Shown here piece after piece: positions 25,781 through 32,000 of a DNA stretch of 32,000 nt. Every line of letters starts with the position of its first letter. Position 1 is the first letter of the stretch. The stretch comes from Erysipelothrix larvae (lineage in GTDB: Bacteria > Bacillota_I > Bacilli_A > Erysipelotrichales > Erysipelotrichaceae): the NCBI RefSeq assembly GCF_001545095.1, contig NZ_CP013213.1:420001-452000 (forward strand), given 5' to 3'. A model generated the notes under the pieces. That model ran no database searches. It was not told the DNA's origin and saw nothing but the letters and a program-made list of their open reading frames with translations. The translations under genes were made by a program, and so were the position numbers.

Positions 25781-27108
25781 TCTATATTTTCGTTGGTAAT
25801 GTTGATTTCTGTTTGGGTATAGTTTCCGGCTGTATCATAAATCATTACGGACCCATTCACTGCACCTGGGGGTAAATCAAAGATCAGAGTGTCCTCTGAT
25901 TCACTCAATTGTGCATTGGATATCGACTCACCAATGGTTAATGAAGAGTTATCGAGTGAAATACTGGATGTTTCTTCTACAAATGTAACATAAAGGTGAT
26001 TTGCATCAAAACTAATGTTTGAAATATGAGGTGCAACATAATCAAGTGATTGAATTTGGAAATCCTGTGTTTGGATTTCCTTTTTTGCGGACTCAATGAT
26101 CACTTCATAGGACCCATTTTCGTCAACTTGGACATTCGCAATGGACCCATCTGCATAATTTACAGGATAAATCGCTTGTGAGTCAGTGTTTTTGACATAG
26201 ATACTGCTTATTTTTGAGGCGTTTTTTATGTCAATGGATACCACAACGGGTTCATTTGTGGGTTCTTCTTTGAATGTGATACTTTTAATTGAAACAGGTG
26301 CGAATTGGTCGATTGCATTCAATGAACCAAAGGCAACGGGTGTAATCACCGCTACCGTTGCGATGGTTCGAATTGGAATCTGTGTTTCTTTGAAAAACTC
26401 ACTAATTCGTTGCCCAAGTGCTGTCGTACTTGTCGCAACATCAGGTATTGTAGACGACGCGACTTCTGTAACTTCTGGTGTTGAGATCTTAAGCGCATTG
26501 AACATTTCCATACCCAACTTGACTTGAAGAATTGGAAGAAACGTGTACAATGTATTTGGACTGATTTTCTTAAGCGTCAGTGTTTCTTGTAGATTCTTCT
26601 TTACAGTATTAATCCTACTTTTAACCGTACCCTCTGGAATGCGTAATTCATCCGCAATCTCACTGATGGATTGGTTATTGCAAAAGCGCATAATTGCGAC
26701 TTCTTTTTGACCGTTGGGTAAACTTTTGATTTCCGTGAGGATAATCTTTAGAATTTCTTGTGAATTATAGGCTTCATTGGGTAATGTCTTACTATCTGCG
26801 ATTTGCTCGGAATCTGTTTCATTGAAAAATGAGACATCAGTTTTCGAGCTGTTTTTTATTTCACGGATGGTACAATTTCGCGTAATGCGATCGAGCCATG
26901 TGTAAAATGCTTTTGGGACCTCAAGTTGATTGAGTTTTTCAAAAACGATAATAAATACGTTTTGAGCGATGTCTTTCGCAATCCCTTCGTCTTTAATCAT
27001 TTCATAAGCTTTATAATACACTCTGTTGTAACATTCATCATAAATGTCATCAAATGCAGAGAGATTACCATTTTGAAACTCAGTGATTGAACGTATGTCT
27101 AATGTCAT
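25777..27108 (-). CDS. ECF-type sigma-70 family factor (regions 2 and 4) fused to a ~270-aa C-terminal extension containing a weakly hydrophobic segment and Ig-like, beta-rich repeats
   Basis: Region 2 is FDDIYDECYNRVYYKAYEMI...AQNVFIIVFEKL. Region 4 is LPNGQKEVAIMRFCNNQSISEIADELRIPEGTVKSRINTVKKNL. Residues ~248-266 (TIATVAVITPVAFGSLNAI) are a possible TM segment. The remaining sequence is S/T/N/I-rich beta-type. Confidence 0.75.
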   Translation of the reverse strand: MTLDIRSITEFQNGNLSAFDDIYDECYNRVYYKAYEMIKDEGIAKDIAQNVFIIVFEKLNQLEVPKAFYTWLDRITRNCTIREIKNSSKTDVSFFNETDSEQIADSKTLPNEAYNSQEILKIILTEIKSLPNGQKEVAIMRFCNNQSISEIADELRIPEGTVKSRINTVKKNLQETLTLKKISPNTLYTFLPILQVKLGMEMFNALKISTPEVTEVASSTIPDVATSTTALGQRISEFFKETQIPIRTIATVAVITPVAFGSLNAIDQFAPVSIKSITFKEEPTNEPVVVSIDIKNASKISSIYVKNTDSQAIYPVNYADGSIANVQVDENGSYEVIIESAKKEIQTQDFQIQSLDYVAPHISNISFDANHLYVTFVEETSSISLDNSSLTIGESISNAQLSESEDTLIFDLPPGAVNGSVMIYDTAGNYTQTEINITNENID

Positions 27109-27111
27109 AAT

Positions 27112-29373
27112 CTATGCCCCTTTTTTATGTTTCTTCGAATGAAGAATGTCAGTGCGAATTGCGAATATTAAGAGTGCTGCGGCAACGAGAATCACCAATA
27201 CTTTCATCGCAATTTGCTGTGTTGTTTGTGAATTTTGAATGTGAATTAAGTCGTTGTTGATGGATTGGTCACTATTTTGACTGGTTGTGTCATATTTCGC
27301 GACAAGGACAATCGGTTCTTGAACGCGGTAAGTTTCGACATCAATGGGTGTGTCATCAATGAACCATCCGATAAATGCATAACCTTCATGTGGTGTGACA
27401 TACGGTCTTGAAGTCAAGAGATGATCTTTTGGATATAAAAACGTTTCATATTCAATAGTTCCATGCTCACCGCAGTCAAACGTCACACTGATGAGTTGAT
27501 TGGTTAACAGATTTGCATGTGACTCACCAACACTCAAGGATAAACCGCCAATGGTGTAAACTGCGTTAAGGGTTGTATCTTGTGTAAATTGGTAAGTGTT
27601 TAGATCAAGGAGTCGGTCTTCATAAGCCCACCCTTTAAATACAACAGACTCATCAATGACATCAACATTTGGGATTTGGGTTAGTGTTTCCCCTGAATAC
27701 AGTTCGTAGGTAGGCAAACTTGCGAGCTTTCCATGCATTCCGGGATCAAATGTGATGGTAATTAAGTGTCTTTGTGTCCATTGCGCGTACAGTGTTGTAT
27801 CTTGGATAATGCGTAATTGATCACTTAAACGATATTCTGTGCCACTGCCATCTTTGGCGGTGTTGAAGTGCGTCAAGGTTGAACCTTCAAGCTTCTGTAA
27901 GAAGGATTGAAGGGTAATTGTTTGCGCTTTATTAAGATTAAAGGTTGATACGTCAGTCTCAGAATTTGGATGATTCCAATAAATGGTCAGTTTAGCTGTT
28001 TGCGCGCTCCATTGTGCATATAACGTGGTCGGTGTGTTCAGTGAAATTTGCGCACCAGGCATATAGGATGTGCCACTGCCATCAGCTCGTGTATTCCAAC
28101 CCGTGAAGGTTAAGTTCCCATGTGTCATTTGCCCAGGTGGCTTAATGGATACAAGGGCACCACTCACAAATTGATTGGGTTCGATGGGTTGGTTTGACCC
28201 CCCATTTGCATCATAGGTTAATGCATATAAATCTTGAGCACTAATCATGATGTTATTGGAGGTTCCAGACCCCAAAGAGTAGCTCAGTATCCCATTATTT
28301 ACAGACGATTTAACGCGATAGGTTAATAGTACTGTGACCAATCTTCCCGCACTCAGTGGTCCTAAAGAAACGCTTTGTTTATTGGACGAAAGGGACACGC
28401 TGGTATCATTTGAACTCGCATTTAATAGCTCAAGTGCGTTATGAGTTGGGATCGTAATGACAGGATTGTTGTCACTTTGTGGGAGTCGAACATCTAATTT
28501 TACAGTGAATGAATTCGACGGATTCAAACTCAGGTTTTGAGACCATGTTGCGCCATTATCTGCTGAAGTATACGCATTGAGTGTGGGGTTTTGAGTGGGT
28601 GTTTTAATCATCGAAACACTTTGTGTGTTTGTCTTTGACGATGTTGCACCACTAAATCCCCAATAGACATTATCGCCATTAAAAATAGATTGATAATCTG
28701 ATAGTGAATGGATCTGTTGTCCAAATCCTTCCACAGTATAAATGAGTTGTTTTGTTTGTGCATTCCATCGCACATTCACTGTACGGGTTTTTCCATCCGC
28801 TAAAATGTTTGTTGGACTGAATTGAACGTTGTAATGATTGGTTGTTTTCTTTGAAGGAATGGTGATTGCAATGTGACCGGTTTTTGAACTGTTTACCGTG
28901 TTATTAACTGAGATATCCGATACACCAAAATCATGGATATCGGTATTGTTGTAGTGGGTGTCAAATTCGAGTGCCAAAGAGTTTTCAATGAAAGTTCCAG
29001 TGCTGCTGCATTGATAAACGCCAAGACATTCACCGCCATCACCCGTTGCATTTCTTCCCCGTCGGTCATTGTGTAAGATAAATGCAATCCCTTCACCACC
29101 ATCTGGTTGATTGCCTAAGTTCACTGCAAAAGATAAATCAAAATCAAAGTTTAAGTTGAGTGTCTCTGAAGCAAAAATGGCACCTGTTTGACTGGCTGTA
29201 TTGCTTGTAAGCGTAACTGTGTTACCGGCATTAAGACTCCTAAAAAAAGAATAATTGGTTCTTGAGTTACGACCAATATCCGCATGGATTGTGGCACCAT
29301 TTAAGATCAATAGTGCACAAGATATGCTCAAAATGAGGAGTATTTTTTTTGTTTTACATTCGTAATTTCTCAT
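27112..29373 (-). CDS. Surface protein (753 aa) with a signal peptide, a legume(L)-type lectin-like domain, a beta-rich middle region, Listeria-Bacteroides (Flg_new) repeats and a C-terminal TM anchor
   Basis: The signal peptide is KKILLILSISCALLILNGATIHA. The lectin-like block is ASQTGAIFASETLNLNFDFDLSFAVNLG...GGEGIAFILHN...NSLALEFDTHYN. Flg_new units are YALTYDANGG...FTGWNTRADGSGTSY...LYAQW, repeated. The C-terminus is VLVILVAAALLIFAI followed by HSKKHKKGA. Confidence 0.8.
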   Translation of the reverse strand: MRNYECKTKKILLILSISCALLILNGATIHADIGRNSRTNYSFFRSLNAGNTVTLTSNTASQTGAIFASETLNLNFDFDLSFAVNLGNQPDGGEGIAFILHNDRRGRNATGDGGECLGVYQCSSTGTFIENSLALEFDTHYNNTDIHDFGVSDISVNNTVNSSKTGHIAITIPSKKTTNHYNVQFSPTNILADGKTRTVNVRWNAQTKQLIYTVEGFGQQIHSLSDYQSIFNGDNVYWGFSGATSSKTNTQSVSMIKTPTQNPTLNAYTSADNGATWSQNLSLNPSNSFTVKLDVRLPQSDNNPVITIPTHNALELLNASSNDTSVSLSSNKQSVSLGPLSAGRLVTVLLTYRVKSSVNNGILSYSLGSGTSNNIMISAQDLYALTYDANGGSNQPIEPNQFVSGALVSIKPPGQMTHGNLTFTGWNTRADGSGTSYMPGAQISLNTPTTLYAQWSAQTAKLTIYWNHPNSETDVSTFNLNKAQTITLQSFLQKLEGSTLTHFNTAKDGSGTEYRLSDQLRIIQDTTLYAQWTQRHLITITFDPGMHGKLASLPTYELYSGETLTQIPNVDVIDESVVFKGWAYEDRLLDLNTYQFTQDTTLNAVYTIGGLSLSVGESHANLLTNQLISVTFDCGEHGTIEYETFLYPKDHLLTSRPYVTPHEGYAFIGWFIDDTPIDVETYRVQEPIVLVAKYDTTSQNSDQSINNDLIHIQNSQTTQQIAMKVLVILVAAALLIFAIRTDILHSKKHKKGA

Positions 29374-29769
29374 AATCTGCCTCCAATGTTAATTTAGCAT
29401 ATAAACTTTTCAAAAACAAATCTTCTTTGTTTTTGTGGAAAAATGCTTGATTTTTCTCTCTAGTAAACAAAGAGTCTTAAAAATAATTTTCAAATGTATG
29501 AAACAAATGCACTCGTTCACAAAATTAAAAAGATTTATTCTAACTTTACAAACAAATAAAGTGAAAATGACACTATTTTAAAAGCAGATATTTACATGTA
29601 TTCCCCCTCGATTCTTAATAAAAACACTGGAAATGGTGGTCATAATATGTGAATATCGTAGACTTTTGAAAAAAAACAAAAAAGTCACAAAAAAAATGAA
29701 CCTTTTGTGTCAAAAGTTGCTCTTATAGTGTGAAGGATCCATTTTCATGGGTGTTTGAAAGGAGAAATT

Positions 29770-32000
29770 ATGGAGAAAAAGAAAAAAGGCAAACGTAATT
29801 CGATTGTTTATTCAATACTAAAAAAACTTCAAGTTGTTTTAGTCGTGATGGCAATTGTCGTGACGTCGATGTATGCATCGGCATCGAATGCACTTGCAGC
29901 ACCGAATTCAAAAGCCGAAGAAGCTCCGCAATATGGGCAGTTATCTGCGGTTAAATTTACACAGATAACCTCAGGATATTTAGGAGGAATGGCACTTGAT
30001 TCAACGGGTGCTGTATGGTCTTGGGGGTACAATGCTGATGGAAACTCAGGATTTGGTCCAGATGTACCTGCGTATGCAGGAGGAATGAAACGAATTCCTT
30101 ATTTCGTTGATAACAACATCAATGTAATCCAAATAGACTCAGCGTACCATACAAGTTATGCACTTGATGATCAAGGGAATATGTATGCTTGGGGAAATGG
30201 TACACAAGGACAAATTGGGAATGGTGCCAATACAGGAACAAACCCTACACCAACCCGCGTGAACATTAACAAAAAAATTACAAAAATGTACGCTGGTCAC
30301 GGTGAAATCACAAACTCTGTGCTTGCACTCGACGTGGATGGCGATATTTGGGCATGGGGATATAACCCAGGTGGCAGAATCGGAGTTAGTGGTCCTGCTT
30401 ATTCAAATACTCCAAAGGTTATACAAGTACCTGGAGGCGTAAAATTTAAGGATATCGCAGTTGGATCAAGTGCATTTTTAGCTATCTCAACAGACGGTGA
30501 GCTTTATAGTTGGGGAAATGACACACATGGTGCTTTAGGCCGTGGTACTACCGCCGGAACTGTAACAACTCCAACATTAGTTCCACGTCCAGCAGGCATG
30601 GAAAAAGTTAAGCAAATTTCAATATGCTATAGCATGGTTGTGGCACTTGATGAAAAAAATCAAGTGTGGCAATGGGGTGCACTTTATGGTAGAGGTACAG
30701 CTACAGGTCATGTTGATAACACATCTACACCAATTCAACTTACAATCAGTGCAGCTGAAATCAGTGATTATGGCTATACTCCGATTCCAACTAAAGTTTT
30801 TGCTGGGGAAAGTGTAAGCTACTTTGTTGATCAATACGGTCGTCCATGGGCTTGGGGAGATGGACGGTATTTTGGCTTTGGTCGTGAAGGTGGTTATGAA
30901 GATGCAAATAGCCAATTAGTAAAAGAAGCTGAACAATGGCCAAAAGTTATTGGTGATGGGGACACTCAGATTTATGACAGACGTGACAAACTTCCAATGT
31001 ACTTAAGTGATCCAGCAAACCCTAGTGGGGTATCTCGTAATACGTATGGCGGATATAGTGGTATTAATGCATTACATCCAACAATTTACGATGAAAAATA
31101 CATGCTGAAAGATCAAAATGGAGAAATCCTTGACATAAACGGGACAATATTAAAATATCAATCGTCAAACGGAAGCGGACGTGTCCGTGGATTCTACTAT
31201 AAAGTTGATGCTTCAGGTACGATTACCAACGAAGTCGGACTTCCTGCGACAGATCCAGAAGAATCAATCTGGATTGACTTAGCACTTAAGGATATTCCTT
31301 CTGTTGTAAGTATCACGACATCACGTTCAAGCTATACATTGCTTGATAAAGATGGAAACATCTATAAGTGGGGAAATGATGGCTCTGGCTCAATTGCTTG
31401 GGGTTGGGATTATGATCCAAAATATGATCAAAACGGTAGTTTGGAGCGAGGTCTTTATGACCGTTACTCATATGAAGTTATTTATATGCGTGGCGCACCT
31501 ACAGTGGACCCAATAGACTTAGAAATAGAAAAACCGACCAGTAAAATTTACTTAACGGGAGCAGCTACTGATAAGGATACAATTGAGATTAAAGCAACGC
31601 TACCAGCTAGTTATACAAGCAATTCGATGAATATCATAATCACACCGCAATTAAACTACATGAAATATGTCATTATTCCTTATGATGAGTCAAATCCTGA
31701 TTTCAATGTAAAGAATATCGATGTTGATACATTTAATGCGTTGTATGCGAAGTCTGCTTATAAGAGCGGAACGCTCGTTGATACACCAATCAAGGCAGAC
31801 ACTGCAGAACAAGTCGTTACAAAAACAGTGGATGTCACTGAAAATTCACGCGTTATCGTAATGATTGAAGATGTCGCATATGGCCGTAAATTGAATACTG
31901 TTGCATCATACATCGCTACGAACTTCTATACACCAACCGATATTTTCCAAACAGGACTTGGTGATAAAGAAGATGGTACTTTTGAGGTGCTTTATGCAAA
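29770..32000 (+). CDS. Secreted RCC1-repeat (seven-bladed beta-propeller type) protein with additional C-terminal beta-rich domains; 3'-truncated by the window edge (absent from the ORF track because no stop is reached)
   Basis: AGGAG RBS lies at 29759-29763 and the ATG at 29770. The frame stays open to base 32000. The signal peptide is MEKKKKGKRNSIVYSILKKLQVVLVVMAIVVTSMYASASNALA/AP. RCC1-like blades are VWSWGYNADGNSGFG, MYAWGNGTQGQIGNG, IWAWGYNPGGRIGVS, LYSWGNDTHGALGRG, VWQWGALYGRGTATG, PWAWGDGRYFGFGRE and IYKWGNDGSGSIAWG. Confidence 0.8.
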   Translation, partial: MEKKKKGKRNSIVYSILKKLQVVLVVMAIVVTSMYASASNALAAPNSKAEEAPQYGQLSAVKFTQITSGYLGGMALDSTGAVWSWGYNADGNSGFGPDVPAYAGGMKRIPYFVDNNINVIQIDSAYHTSYALDDQGNMYAWGNGTQGQIGNGANTGTNPTPTRVNINKKITKMYAGHGEITNSVLALDVDGDIWAWGYNPGGRIGVSGPAYSNTPKVIQVPGGVKFKDIAVGSSAFLAISTDGELYSWGNDTHGALGRGTTAGTVTTPTLVPRPAGMEKVKQISICYSMVVALDEKNQVWQWGALYGRGTATGHVDNTSTPIQLTISAAEISDYGYTPIPTKVFAGESVSYFVDQYGRPWAWGDGRYFGFGREGGYEDANSQLVKEAEQWPKVIGDGDTQIYDRRDKLPMYLSDPANPSGVSRNTYGGYSGINALHPTIYDEKYMLKDQNGEILDINGTILKYQSSNGSGRVRGFYYKVDASGTITNEVGLPATDPEESIWIDLALKDIPSVVSITTSRSSYTLLDKDGNIYKWGNDGSGSIAWGWDYDPKYDQNGSLERGLYDRYSYEVIYMRGAPTVDPIDLEIEKPTSKIYLTGAATDKDTIEIKATLPASYTSNSMNIIITPQLNYMKYVIIPYDESNPDFNVKNIDVDTFNALYAKSAYKSGTLVDTPIKADTAEQVVTKTVDVTENSRVIVMIEDVAYGRKLNTVASYIATNFYTPTDIFQTGLGDKEDGTFEVLYA

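Noticed and set aside
26228-30915. Antisense ORFs 26228-26527 (+), 28893-29102 (-, alternate frame), 29829-30032 (-) and 30619-30915 (-)
   Set aside because: Each lies fully inside a much longer, motif-supported gene (sigma fusion, lectin protein, RCC1 protein). None has an RBS or a recognisable motif.
1-32000. Interpretation of the accessory region as a prophage, ICE or transposon
   Set aside because: I found no integrase, transposase, recombinase, relaxase or phage structural genes, and no flanking direct or inverted terminal repeats. The secretion ATPase has TadB/C-like neighbours rather than conjugation genes.

Overview
This is an AT-rich, Gram-positive (Bacillota-type) chromosomal segment. 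The taxon cannot be fixed from sequence alone. Most of the window is an accessory cell-surface region. It encodes five large secreted or surface proteins: a BspA-type LRR protein with an LPKAG sorting signal, a 1686-aa Flg_new/MBG protein, a Cna-B/thioester-like adhesin, an L-type-lectin/Flg_new protein, and a secreted RCC1 beta-propeller protein. It also encodes three paralogous ~500-aa Mga-like HTH regulators, a degenerate-GGDEF/EAL c-di-GMP phosphodiesterase, and an ECF-type sigma factor with a long C-terminal extension. The most interesting element is a tightly coupled 10-gene plus-strand operon (14151-21166). It contains a CpaF/TadA-type secretion ATPase, two TadB/TadC-like membrane proteins and three small pilin-like proteins that share an N-terminal F-x-A-E-K motif. 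One of these is a 46-aa ORF missing from the supplied track. An adhesin gene leads the operon and a small HExxH protein ends it. No prepilin peptidase or TadZ gene is recognisable. Housekeeping genes rlmN and punA lie at 21.9-24.8 kb. I recognised no rRNA, tRNA, CRISPR array, transposase or integrase. All functional calls rest on motif reading of the translations. No database search was run.
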